A DNA stretch of 64,000 bases from Ignavibacterium sp. (GCA_037478755.1 JBBFMB010000001.1:2178-66177), one strand, 5' to 3'. Numbered from the stretch's first letter, positions 1-8,952 are shown. Numbers and translations: made by a program. The notes: generated from the letters alone by a model not told the origin.

Positions 1-212
1 ATCACTTCACCTTCTAAATCTTTGTAGTCGCTTCTAATTATCAGCTTATAAGCATCACCGAATTCATATTTATCGAGTTTGTAAGATACTTTTTGTCCAT
101 TTACGGAAAATGTGCTGGTAATTGGATAGTACTCACCAAATACTGATTTAAAGTATGATAATAAAAACACTATCACGAGTGAACTTAACCATAGAATAAA
201 TGATTCTTTCAT
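1..212 (-). CDS. Partial hypothetical membrane-anchored protein (runs off the left edge)
   Basis: ATG at 212 opens MKESFILWLSSLVIVFLLSYFKSVFGEYYPITSTF..., with no stop before position 1; hydrophobic N-terminus. Not in the ORF track. Confidence 0.7.
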   Translation of the reverse strand, partial: MKESFILWLSSLVIVFLLSYFKSVFGEYYPITSTFSVNGQKVSYKLDKYEFGDAYKLIIRSDYKDLEGEV

Positions 213-243
213 GTTCTGAAATATTTTTTGAACAAACATAAAT

Positions 244-273
244 AAAAAAGCCCCGTGAATGAACGGGGCTTTT
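244..273 (-). terminator. Rho-independent terminator of the 294-3434 operon
   Basis: AAAAAAGCCCCGT-gaatga-ACGGGGCTTTT hairpin with a U-tract on the minus strand, 20 nt past the stop at 294. Confidence 0.85.
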
Positions 274-293
274 GAGTAAATAAAAATGTTAAA

Positions 294-1466
294 TCAGAAA
301 GATGTGCCGAGTTTAAATCTGAGGTTTACAAATATTTTCGTGAATCCTATTTTGCCCGCATCAGTTCTGGAAATACTTGCTGAAGGACCAATTGCAAATG
401 CACTAAAGCCCCATCCTTCCATGATTTTCTGTACAAGCAAATTGATATTATACTGAGGTTGTCTGTATTTACTTGAAGGCATTGCATCAAATTGTAGATC
501 AAAAGTGCTACCGGCAAGAGACATTTCTCTGAATCCAAATCCGAAATGGAGTTCGTCTAAAAATTTTGCAACATAAACTTTTCCTCTTGTTGAGCCAAGC
601 ACCGAAACAGGATAACGAAATTCCCAATTGAGATAAGAATCATTGTTATGAATAACTCTTGCCTGATATTTTACAGAGCCGTCATCATTTAATACAACAG
701 TGCCTTCAGTTGGTTTTAGATAGCTGTTTAATTTTATTTGTCCGATTTCAGTTGTGGCTTTAAGATAACCAAATTCGAAAAAGTTGCCGAAAGGAATTGT
801 GTAGTAAACCTGAAATCCCTGACTGAAAATCAGATTATTATGATTTTGCTCTTTAACAGGTTCAATCATTGCATCAATATGATTGAACATACCTGCACGA
901 ACTCCGAGGATATGAAAATTCGCTTCGAAGAAATTTGTTTCGAGCGGACCGGAGTAAGGGGTTCCAAAACCAAAAGACAATCCAACATCCTGTTTTAACG
1001 AAACTCCCAGTCTTTCTCCTCCTTGCAGCTGAAGAAACGGATTGATATATCCAAGAGTGGGAGAGATTTGAGTTTTTGTTGGAGGTTGAAGTACCTTTCC
1101 GAATCTTATCTTTTCAATCACACGAGTGAAGACACTTCCGTAATGAATATCTTCTTCAAGATTAATCTTGAATGGATAAGTAATAATTCTTGCTCGCAGT
1201 TCTGGCTGCAATGCAAGCATTGGATATAAAGCGCCCTTAATAGAAATAGTTTGATTATTAGCATCTCTCAGGTCAACTATTATTTCTGCTTTCGGATCAG
1301 GCGGATCAATAAACAGAGCTTCCTGAATCTGAATAAATAAGCTGTCATCAAGCGGCTCCATTTGATAATACCTGATTTGTTCATCTTCTTGCTGAGCAAA
1401 TGACAAACTCAGAAAGAAAGATGAGACAATAAACAACACAGCAGAAATCAGAACAGTTTTTTTCAT
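294..1466 (-). CDS. Exported protein, probable outer-membrane beta-barrel with an N-terminal periplasmic region
   Basis: Sec signal peptide (..SLSFA/QQ); amphipathic Gly/aromatic-rich strands in the C-terminal two thirds; ends VNLRFKLGTSF (BAM-type terminal Phe). Confidence 0.65.
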   Translation of the reverse strand: MKKTVLISAVLFIVSSFFLSLSFAQQEDEQIRYYQMEPLDDSLFIQIQEALFIDPPDPKAEIIVDLRDANNQTISIKGALYPMLALQPELRARIITYPFKINLEEDIHYGSVFTRVIEKIRFGKVLQPPTKTQISPTLGYINPFLQLQGGERLGVSLKQDVGLSFGFGTPYSGPLETNFFEANFHILGVRAGMFNHIDAMIEPVKEQNHNNLIFSQGFQVYYTIPFGNFFEFGYLKATTEIGQIKLNSYLKPTEGTVVLNDDGSVKYQARVIHNNDSYLNWEFRYPVSVLGSTRGKVYVAKFLDELHFGFGFREMSLAGSTFDLQFDAMPSSKYRQPQYNINLLVQKIMEGWGFSAFAIGPSASISRTDAGKIGFTKIFVNLRFKLGTSF

Positions 1467-1487
1467 ATAAGTTTCACCTGATTATTT

Positions 1488-2435
1488 TTACTTTGAAAAA
1501 TCTGTGAAGAAAAATGAATCACCTACCTGAACGCGATCTTTTGTTCTTTCATCAACAGCAGTGAAGAAAAAGTTTACTTTGTATCTTCCATCTGATTCAC
1601 GAAGATTTCCGTTCTTATCTAACCAATCATCAAATGCAGATGATGTTGAAGCAATCTTCAATGAAACATTGTAAATCAGATTTCCATTGCTGTCTTTAAC
1701 TGGTCCTGTGACACTTATCGGACCATTCCAGTTAATCTTTAACTGATCAGGTCTGTTATCAATTACTGTTACTTTGAATACAGTAATGCGCTGCAATTCC
1801 TGAACATAAATATCACGCGCATTCATTTTGGTCGTAACTTTTTCAATTTTTATTTCAGGAGGTTTATTAGGAATTACTTTTATCCGATCTTCCTGTGAAC
1901 CAAATTTTACTACAACCTCTGTCTGATCTGTTAAATCAAATTTTCGTTCTTGTCCGGCAGGAATTACTACAATTGGTTTACTTCTGTCACGAGGATCATA
2001 AATTTCTACAGGAACACTTCCGGTGTTTGATGCGAGATTCCATGTATATTGAATAAAAGTTTGTTTTGAAGAAATCGGCAATGGCATTAATGTTTGTTCT
2101 TCAACAACAGGTTCTTCTTCTTTTGGCGGAGGTAATTCCTGAAGTTTTGTTTGAACTTCCTGAAGTTTCTGGTTTAATGAAGCTAACTTCTTTTTAAGTT
2201 CTTCATTTTCAACGGGAAGATTTTGATCAATCTTTATATCGAACTTCAAACCAAGTGCATACAATGAATCAATAAGAGTTACTAATGAATCACGAACTTT
2301 TTTATCAACAGTTTCTTCTTCAAGAGCAACACGACGTAAATCTAAATCTGCTCCTTTAAGAGCAAGCACAGTAATCACAAAAATGTAAAGCACCTGGTAA
2401 ATAACGAATTTACTATCTCGGTTTTTGTAAATCAT
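1488..2435 (-). CDS. GldM/PorM-like single-pass inner-membrane protein (divergent, short)
   Basis: N-terminus KFVIYQVLYIFVITVLAL parallels the GldM TM (RQKMINLMYLVFIAMLAM, recalled) with K9, Y17, I21, L24, A25; followed by a coiled coil, a PPP linker and beta-rich Ig-like periplasmic domains. Confidence 0.55.
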   Translation of the reverse strand: MIYKNRDSKFVIYQVLYIFVITVLALKGADLDLRRVALEEETVDKKVRDSLVTLIDSLYALGLKFDIKIDQNLPVENEELKKKLASLNQKLQEVQTKLQELPPPKEEEPVVEEQTLMPLPISSKQTFIQYTWNLASNTGSVPVEIYDPRDRSKPIVVIPAGQERKFDLTDQTEVVVKFGSQEDRIKVIPNKPPEIKIEKVTTKMNARDIYVQELQRITVFKVTVIDNRPDQLKINWNGPISVTGPVKDSNGNLIYNVSLKIASTSSAFDDWLDKNGNLRESDGRYKVNFFFTAVDERTKDRVQVGDSFFFTDFSK

Positions 2436-2444
2436 TTTACTCTC

Positions 2445-3434
2445 TTATTTCTTTACAACAATTGATTCGAGATATTTTAATCCGGTTAAAGTTTTTTCAT
2501 CAGATAGAGAATTGCTTGCCTGCTGTATAGAATTTGCGAGCGAGCTTAATTCCTGAATTTTCTGACTGCTTAAGGTATCAATCTGATTTATTTTTTCTGC
2601 AAGCATAGAGATTGATGCGAAATTCTTATGCATTATTTCACTAAGCTTTGCTGAATGCTCTATTAAAAGCTTATACTTTTCCAAATCAGCTAATGATAGA
2701 TTTGGTGCAGATACATTATTACCACCTGCAAATTGATTTAATTGCTTCATCAGATTTTTTGAATTCTCAATCTGAATTCTTGAAAAATATTTTTCACGAA
2801 TATCTTCTACGTGATTAACTACATTCTGAAATTCTACGCCAAGCTGATCAAGCACAGGTTCAAATAATTTTCCGATTGCTAAAACAATTAATGCTTTAAC
2901 TTCAAACGGAACAGAAAGTCCAAGAAAAATTTCTTCACCAAGCTTAATACTAATTAAAAGAATTGCAGCACCAATTAAAGGCAGCGCAGTTGATATACTG
3001 TCAATTACACTAGTGTATGAACTTATAATTCTGTCGATTGTTGCACTCGCGGGAGTTCTGATAATTTCGAGTTTTAATTTATTGAACGCAAGAAAAGCCA
3101 TAAAGACAAAGAAAGCATAAGTTAAAACAGGAAGCCACCAGAAACTATATGGTGAAATTTCTTCCTGAACCGGCTGCCAGTTTGGGAATAATGCTCTTGC
3201 AAGATCGACGGTTACATTTCCAAGAATTGGAACGGTTGACAAATCAAGAAAGAAGGAAAGTATTAGTGCAGCAAATGAAATCAATGCGGGCTTGAATACA
3301 ACTGAAAACTGAATATTTCTAACTGCAGATTTAGTGTATTCTTCAAGCTCTCTTTCAAGCTCATTATTTGTTATGTCAGGATTAAGAAAATCCCTTGTGT
3401 TGTCTTTGGGTGGTTTAACAGCTTGAGTTACCAT
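2445..3434 (-). CDS. 4-TM ion-motor subunit-like protein (GldL/PorL- and MotA/ExbB-like) with a C-terminal coiled coil
   Basis: Four hydrophobic segments; TM3-TM4 read LPLIGAAILLISIK...FEVKALIVLAIGKLFEPV; helical heptad-rich cytoplasmic tail. Confidence 0.55.
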   Translation of the reverse strand: MVTQAVKPPKDNTRDFLNPDITNNELERELEEYTKSAVRNIQFSVVFKPALISFAALILSFFLDLSTVPILGNVTVDLARALFPNWQPVQEEISPYSFWWLPVLTYAFFVFMAFLAFNKLKLEIIRTPASATIDRIISSYTSVIDSISTALPLIGAAILLISIKLGEEIFLGLSVPFEVKALIVLAIGKLFEPVLDQLGVEFQNVVNHVEDIREKYFSRIQIENSKNLMKQLNQFAGGNNVSAPNLSLADLEKYKLLIEHSAKLSEIMHKNFASISMLAEKINQIDTLSSQKIQELSSLANSIQQASNSLSDEKTLTGLKYLESIVVKK

Positions 3435-3477
3435 TATTCTCCTCTAATATGTTTTTAAGTAAAGTTTATTCGTCAAC

Positions 3478-3576
3478 AAAAAAAATACTTGCCGAATAAT
3501 CTTTTTCGAGTTGCAAGCAGGACAAGTATCATACCATAAGAATAAAAATTTTGTGTGCTGAAAGAATTATCGGCAA
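3478..3576 (-). promoter_or_regulatory. Candidate attenuator (terminator/antiterminator) in the 5' leader of the motor-like operon
   Basis: Segment 3485-3507 can pair with 3521-3529 (9-bp stem with a G-U on the minus strand, followed by U8 at 3478-3485) or with 3560-3576 (longer imperfect stem). Confidence 0.4.
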
Positions 3577-3807
3577 CAATTAAAATTGAATTGCTTACAA
3601 ACTTTTATGTATTATTTCAAAAAAGCAAGATTAAAATGCTAAATGAGTAAAGAATATTTTTACTTGTTGATGTAAAAAAGTAATTATCATTTAATAATTT
3701 TTTTATCAAGTAATATTTACAGGAAAAATGTTCTTTGTGTAATTTTATTTTACTTCATAATTAATAGCACATCATTAGTTATTTTTGAATGGAAGATATA
3801 AATAATT

Positions 3808-5283
3808 ATGATTTATAATAATCCGAGAATATTAGAACTTAATACAAGAGTCTGGCTAAAGAAAAAAAATTTTAAATCAATCGGTGAAATAACTGATTCT
3901 GTGATTGATGAATGGGTAGATTTAGGTTTTGATTTTATTTGGTTAATGGGGATCTGGAAGACAAATAAAGATATCGTTCCTCAATATTGTTTTGAACCAG
4001 ACCTTGTGCAATCATACACCAACGCTCTCAAAGATTGGAAGACTGAAGATATAATAGGCTCGCCTTACTCGATTGATTGTTACGAAATTAATCCTGACCT
4101 TGGCTCACAAGAAGATTTACTTTCTTTGAAAGAAAGATTGAATAAAAAAGGAGTAAGATTAATTCTTGATTTTGTAAGCAATCATTTAAGCGTCGGTTCG
4201 AGACTGGTGAAAGAGAAAAAAGAAATTTTTCTTCCTGCAGATGAATATCTTTTCAGAAATGATCCTTATACATTTTTCAAATCACCTTACAACTCAAAAG
4301 AATATTTTGCTCACGGAAGAGACCCACTTTTTCCTCCCTGGCGCGATACAATCCAAATAAATTTTTACAGTGCCGATGCAAGAAAATTTTTGACTGATAC
4401 TTTGCATTCGATTTCATCTTTATGCGATGGTGTCAGATGCGATATGGCAATGCTTTCAATGAATAATATTTTTTACAATACTTGGATTGGTGCACTAAAA
4501 AAATATGGATACGAAAGACCTAAAGAGGAATTCTGGTCTGAAGCAATAAGCTCTGTTAAATCTTCAAATCCTGAATTTGTGTTTATTGCTGAAGCTTACT
4601 GGGATCTTGAGTGGCAGCTTCAGCAGCTGGGATTTGATTTTACTTATGATAAAAGACTTCTGGATAGACTTTCCGGTTATGATGTAAAAAGTATTAAAGA
4701 TCATCTTCGTGCTGAAAAAGACTTTCAACTTAAATCAGTCAGATTTATAGAAAATCACGATGAAGAAAGAGCTGCTGCAAAACTTGGCAAGGATAAATCT
4801 CTCGCTGCAGCGACAATTATCAGCACAATTCAGGGAATGATACTTTATCACGATGGGCAATTTGAAGGTAAGAAAATAAAACTTCCTGTTCAGCTTGCAC
4901 GCGAACCTTTTGAAAAGGAAGATGACCGAATCAAAACTTATTATTATAAACTGCTTCGGATTACAAAAGATAATATTTTCAGAAACGGCGAATGGTTAAT
5001 GCTTGATCCAACCCCATCTGCAAACTCAGATTTCAGCTTTGAAAATATTTTAATCTGGCAGTGGAAGTATGAAAATCGTTTGATAATTGTAGCAGTAAAT
5101 TATTCCAACTCAACTTCAAGATGCCGCGTTAAATTTGAAACACCTGAAAATAAAATTGTATTAAATCTTAATGATATCCTCAACTTAGTAAGTTATGAGA
5201 GAAGTGTTGAAGAAATTAACGAAAGAGGTTTATACATCGAATTAAAACCATATTCCAGCCACATATTTTCATTCAATATTTAG
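3808..5283 (+). CDS. GH13 alpha-amylase family glycosyl hydrolase
   Basis: Conserved regions DFVSNH, GVRCDMA (nucleophile), IAEAYW (acid/base), FIENHDE. Confidence 0.9.
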   Translation: MIYNNPRILELNTRVWLKKKNFKSIGEITDSVIDEWVDLGFDFIWLMGIWKTNKDIVPQYCFEPDLVQSYTNALKDWKTEDIIGSPYSIDCYEINPDLGSQEDLLSLKERLNKKGVRLILDFVSNHLSVGSRLVKEKKEIFLPADEYLFRNDPYTFFKSPYNSKEYFAHGRDPLFPPWRDTIQINFYSADARKFLTDTLHSISSLCDGVRCDMAMLSMNNIFYNTWIGALKKYGYERPKEEFWSEAISSVKSSNPEFVFIAEAYWDLEWQLQQLGFDFTYDKRLLDRLSGYDVKSIKDHLRAEKDFQLKSVRFIENHDEERAAAKLGKDKSLAAATIISTIQGMILYHDGQFEGKKIKLPVQLAREPFEKEDDRIKTYYYKLLRITKDNIFRNGEWLMLDPTPSANSDFSFENILIWQWKYENRLIIVAVNYSNSTSRCRVKFETPENKIVLNLNDILNLVSYERSVEEINERGLYIELKPYSSHIFSFNI

Positions 5284-5374
5284 AATTCTCATTACAAAAT
5301 TTTACCTTTTCATAATTTGATTTATTATTAAATTTCGCAACCAAAATTTCATTTAATCATCTTACTATACAGAA

Positions 5375-5602
5375 ATGGCAAAACAGAATAAAAACAAAGA
5401 AAGAAAAATTGGCTCTCAGGTAGTTGAGAAAAAATCCTGGTGGAGCAATAAAAAAAACAGAAGCAGGTTCTGGACAGCTTTGATTTTGTTAATACTGCTT
5501 TATTTCTTTATCGTTAATAACACACGAGAAGAACCAAAAGAAGGACCTTATCCTCCGGGATATCAACCACAAACTGAACAAACTAATAATTCACAAAATT
5601 AA
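5375..5602 (+). CDS. Small single-pass membrane protein
   Basis: Basic N-terminus and one hydrophobic helix; co-oriented 12 nt before the TlpA gene. Confidence 0.65.
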   Translation: MAKQNKNKERKIGSQVVEKKSWWSNKKNRSRFWTALILLILLYFFIVNNTREEPKEGPYPPGYQPQTEQTNNSQN

Positions 5603-5614
5603 AGGTTATTAATT

Positions 5615-6145
5615 ATGAAAAAGTTTTTTGTTATAGCGCTCTTAGTGATTTCCTTTATCTCGGCACAATTTATCTCTTCGGAAGCACATTCAATTTCCGA
5701 TGAATCAAGTAATACATTACTAAGCGACAAAAAAGCTGCTGACTTTAAGTTGAAAACTCTTGATGGAAAAGAAGTAAAGTTATCAGACTATCGGGGGAAG
5801 ATTGTTATTATTGATTTCTGGGCTACCTGGTGTCCGCCTTGCAGAAAAGGAATTCCCGATTTGATTTCACTACAGGAAGAGTTTAAAAAAGATTTAGTCG
5901 TTATCGGTATTTCACTCGATCAGCAAAATACAATTAAGGATTTAAAACCATTTATAGAGAACTACAAAATAAATTATCCTGTAGTTCTCGGAGATGAAAA
6001 GGTTGTGAAAGATTACGGTGGAATATCTGCAATTCCTACATCTTTCATTATTGATCAAAAAGGTAATATAGTTGATTCTCATATTGGTTTAGTTCCTAAA
6101 ACAGTTTATTCAGATCAGATAAAAAGTTTACTGAAGAAAAAATAA
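5615..6145 (+). CDS. TlpA/ResA-family thiol:disulfide oxidoreductase
   Basis: Signal peptide; DFWATWCPPC; AIPTSFIID cis-Pro loop. Confidence 0.9.
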   Translation: MKKFFVIALLVISFISAQFISSEAHSISDESSNTLLSDKKAADFKLKTLDGKEVKLSDYRGKIVIIDFWATWCPPCRKGIPDLISLQEEFKKDLVVIGISLDQQNTIKDLKPFIENYKINYPVVLGDEKVVKDYGGISAIPTSFIIDQKGNIVDSHIGLVPKTVYSDQIKSLLKKK

Positions 6146-6153
6146 CTATTAGT

Positions 6154-6192
6154 AGCTGCTTAATCGTTAATTGATTGAGCAGCTTTTATTTT
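6154..6192 (+). terminator. Rho-independent terminator
   Basis: AGCTGCTTAATC...GATTGAGCAGCT stem followed by TTTATTTT. Confidence 0.7.
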
Positions 6193-6211
6193 TAAAATAT
6201 TAAATAAAATT

Positions 6212-6613
6212 ATGGATGGGGGAAATAAAAAATACTCAGTTTTAGTTGTTGAGGATGATCCTCAAAACTTAAAATTCCTCAAATTACTTCTTTCCCGGGA
6301 TTTCAATGTCCTGACTTGCAGCTCTGAATCAGAATTTTACAGAATACTTGTTCATCAGCAATTCGATGCAGTGTTAATGGATATTACACTGTCTGGTAAT
6401 AAATCAGGCATATCTTTAATCAAATCATTGCGGCAAATTCCACTTTATAAAAATACTCCAGTAATTTGTTTATCTGCCCATATTGCTGAATCAGATGAAC
6501 TTGAAGCATTGAATGCCGGCGCTAATCTTTACTTAAGAAAGCCAGTTCAGAATAAGATTTTAATTGATAGTATTTTGGAAGAAATTGCGAAAAGTAAAAT
6601 TGAGATTAGATAG
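6212..6613 (+). CDS. Stand-alone receiver (CheY-like) response regulator
   Basis: VVEDD, LMDI (phosphoacceptor), LSAH, RKP. Confidence 0.9.
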   Translation: MDGGNKKYSVLVVEDDPQNLKFLKLLLSRDFNVLTCSSESEFYRILVHQQFDAVLMDITLSGNKSGISLIKSLRQIPLYKNTPVICLSAHIAESDELEALNAGANLYLRKPVQNKILIDSILEEIAKSKIEIR

Positions 6614-6619
6614 CAAAAT

Positions 6620-6648
6620 AAAAAACCCGACATTGAATGCCGGGTTTT
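6620..6648. terminator. Bidirectional terminator between convergent genes
   Basis: AAAAAACCCGACATTGAATGCCGGGTTTT hairpin flanked by A/T tracts. Confidence 0.8.
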
Positions 6649-6670
6649 GTTAAAAAGTGTTCAGTATAGA

Positions 6671-7708
6671 CTATAATCCTGTTCTTAAAAATCTTGGTTC
6701 TTCAAGAGTAAGCATAATTGAAATTCTGTGTGAGTCTGGTAATCTGTCAATTTCAGATTCACTGAACCGTGCAAACGAGTAATCAATATTCAGTTTTGGT
6801 AATTTAACTCCTGCACCGACAGTAAATTGTTTAACATCATTATATCCACCGCGAACATATATAAGATTTTTGAAAGTATATTCTAATCCTGCGTGCATAT
6901 CAAAACTTACCGGACCCAAATTAAATTGTGAAGCAAATCTTCTGTTCTCAAATCTGACATCAAAATCCAGAGCTGGCATTATATAGCCGCCAAGAAACTC
7001 AGTTAACTTATAAGCTGCACCAAGCTTCAAAGTGGGTGAGACAAGTTCATTTCTGCCAGTGCTCCACGCAACCAGTGTAGTAGTTGCATCCTGAAGATTT
7101 GCACCAAGATAAAGATTTTCATAAGGTGTATAAAATGCTCCAACATCAAATCCAATTCCTGTTGCACTGTATTCTGCTAAAGTTCTTCTGATAACTTTCG
7201 CATTAACTCCCCAATAAAAATTATCTGATTGTCTTTTTGCAAATGTTAAATAAAATGCCCAATCCTGATTGCTGAATTCAGTAATGCGGCTGTAATCTAA
7301 TCTGTCATCACGAATATCAATTACACCATCTCCGTTTGCATCATAAAGTGCATTTCTCGTATCTGGAATACCATCAACACCCAAACGCATTACACTTAGT
7401 CCAAAACTCATATCTGTGCTGAAAGGAATTGCAACTGCTCCATAATCATAATTAACAAGATTTCCGAATTGTTCAGAGTGCATAAGTGCAATTTGAGGAT
7501 AATTCAGATTTGCTAAACCAGCCGGGTTGTAGTAACCTGAAGTTACATCGTTTGCAACAGCAACAAAAGCTCCGCCCATACCAAGTGCTCTTCCTCCAAC
7601 GCCCAAAGCCATAAACTCGCCAGCGTATTTTGCGAAAACAGTTTGTGCGTTAATTGTTGCAGCAGTTGAGAATAAAACAACTAATATTAAAAAGATTTTA
7701 GAGCGCAT
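6671..7708 (-). CDS. PorV/PorQ (FadL-like) family outer-membrane barrel, T9SS-associated
   Basis: Signal peptide, then ALGVGGRALGMGGAFVAVANDVTSGYYNPAGL, the N-terminal signature of PorV/FadL-like barrels. Confidence 0.75.
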   Translation of the reverse strand: MRSKIFLILVVLFSTAATINAQTVFAKYAGEFMALGVGGRALGMGGAFVAVANDVTSGYYNPAGLANLNYPQIALMHSEQFGNLVNYDYGAVAIPFSTDMSFGLSVMRLGVDGIPDTRNALYDANGDGVIDIRDDRLDYSRITEFSNQDWAFYLTFAKRQSDNFYWGVNAKVIRRTLAEYSATGIGFDVGAFYTPYENLYLGANLQDATTTLVAWSTGRNELVSPTLKLGAAYKLTEFLGGYIMPALDFDVRFENRRFASQFNLGPVSFDMHAGLEYTFKNLIYVRGGYNDVKQFTVGAGVKLPKLNIDYSFARFSESEIDRLPDSHRISIMLTLEEPRFLRTGL

Positions 7709-8066
7709 AACTACTCCGCTTTATCTCTAATTTTTGTGGTGAGAAAATCAATAATTTGAGTTTTAATGTCAAGGCTAAATTTAGATACAAAATAACTTGA
7801 TTCTTAAATGGTTTGAACAAATATAAATCGATGATATCTATTGTAATCGCACAATATATTATTAAATGTTTGTAACTAGGATAAATCATTATTCTAATTC
7901 AAAAATGATTTGAAATTTTTATTCCTTAATTTCTCTTGAGGTTCATAATCTTACCATATAAAATCTAATTTAACCATTCAATTAATAATCGTTCATAATA
8001 GTTAAACGACAACTTAGTTTTGCCACCGAATTCAATTTTTATTTACATTTTCAAAAAGGAGGTCTT

Positions 8067-8921
8067 ATGAAAAATGTTATTCTGATTCTGATAGCTTTAC
8101 TCATTCTTAATGAACACTCATCAGCACAATTACTTAACAATAGTTTTGAGAATTGGGATAATGGAGAAGCTGTCAACTGGTTGTCTAATGATATTTCTGG
8201 TGACCTGGTGTCTCAATCATCAGATGCAGTTGAAGGAAATTCTTCTGTGAAGTTACAAGTTGGAGATTTTGCAGGTGTTGGATTACCTGTTTTTATTACC
8301 TCAGCAGATCTGGATGGTAATGGTCATCCTGTAAATCAAAAATATCAGACACTTAAAGGTTCTCATAAATTATCTGCTAACGGAAATGATCAGCTTTGGA
8401 TTTCTGTGGTGATGGCAGTGAATGATTCAACGACTTTGGGTGGTGGAATGATCTACCTCAATGAAGACAAAAGTGAATGGACTGAATTTACTGTTCCAAT
8501 TCTGTATGATGAAAATAGTCCAGTTCCTCAAATGGCTTTTGTTACTATTTTCCTGCTTGATACTTCTACTGGTTCGGCAAATATCGGTTCATTTGCACTG
8601 ATTGATAATTTGCGATTAGAAAATACGACATCTGTTGATGAAGAAATAAAAAGTGCCTCAAGTTTTAAGTTAGATCAGAACTATCCAAATCCATTTAACC
8701 CAAGCACAAAAATTAGCTGGAATACTTTTTCAGCTGCCCGTAACACTTTGAAAGTCTATAATATACTTGGAAATGAAGTTGCAAAACTGGTAGATGAATA
8801 CAAACCAGCAGGCACTTACAGTGTTAACTTTGATGCAAAGGGATTACCAAGCGGAATTTATTTTTATACTCTCCAGGTTGGGAACCAAGTTCAAACTAAG
8901 AAAATGATTTTAATTCAATAA
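8067..8921 (+). CDS. Secreted protein with a CBM-like domain and a T9SS type A C-terminal sorting domain
   Basis: Signal peptide; LLNNSFENW start; C-terminal FKLDQNYPNPFNPST...GIYFY...KKMILIQ; AGGAGG RBS. Confidence 0.85.
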   Translation: MKNVILILIALLILNEHSSAQLLNNSFENWDNGEAVNWLSNDISGDLVSQSSDAVEGNSSVKLQVGDFAGVGLPVFITSADLDGNGHPVNQKYQTLKGSHKLSANGNDQLWISVVMAVNDSTTLGGGMIYLNEDKSEWTEFTVPILYDENSPVPQMAFVTIFLLDTSTGSANIGSFALIDNLRLENTTSVDEEIKSASSFKLDQNYPNPFNPSTKISWNTFSAARNTLKVYNILGNEVAKLVDEYKPAGTYSVNFDAKGLPSGIYFYTLQVGNQVQTKKMILIQ

Positions 8922-8952
8922 AGTTTTTAATCTTAATCAGGAAATATGAATT

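Noticed and set aside
1488-3434. Reading the pair as flagellar MotAB, ExbBD/TolQR or Zorya ZorAB
   Set aside because: The single-pass subunit has no Asp within its TM helix and no OmpA-like or ExbD domain, and no zorC/D/E, tonB or flagellar genes are adjacent. The GldM-like TM fits better.
7839-7856. Palindrome TATTGT-N6-ACAATA in the divergent PorV-like/CTD intergenic region
   Set aside because: Short and AT-rich in an AT-rich spacer; no second copy seen and no assignable regulator.
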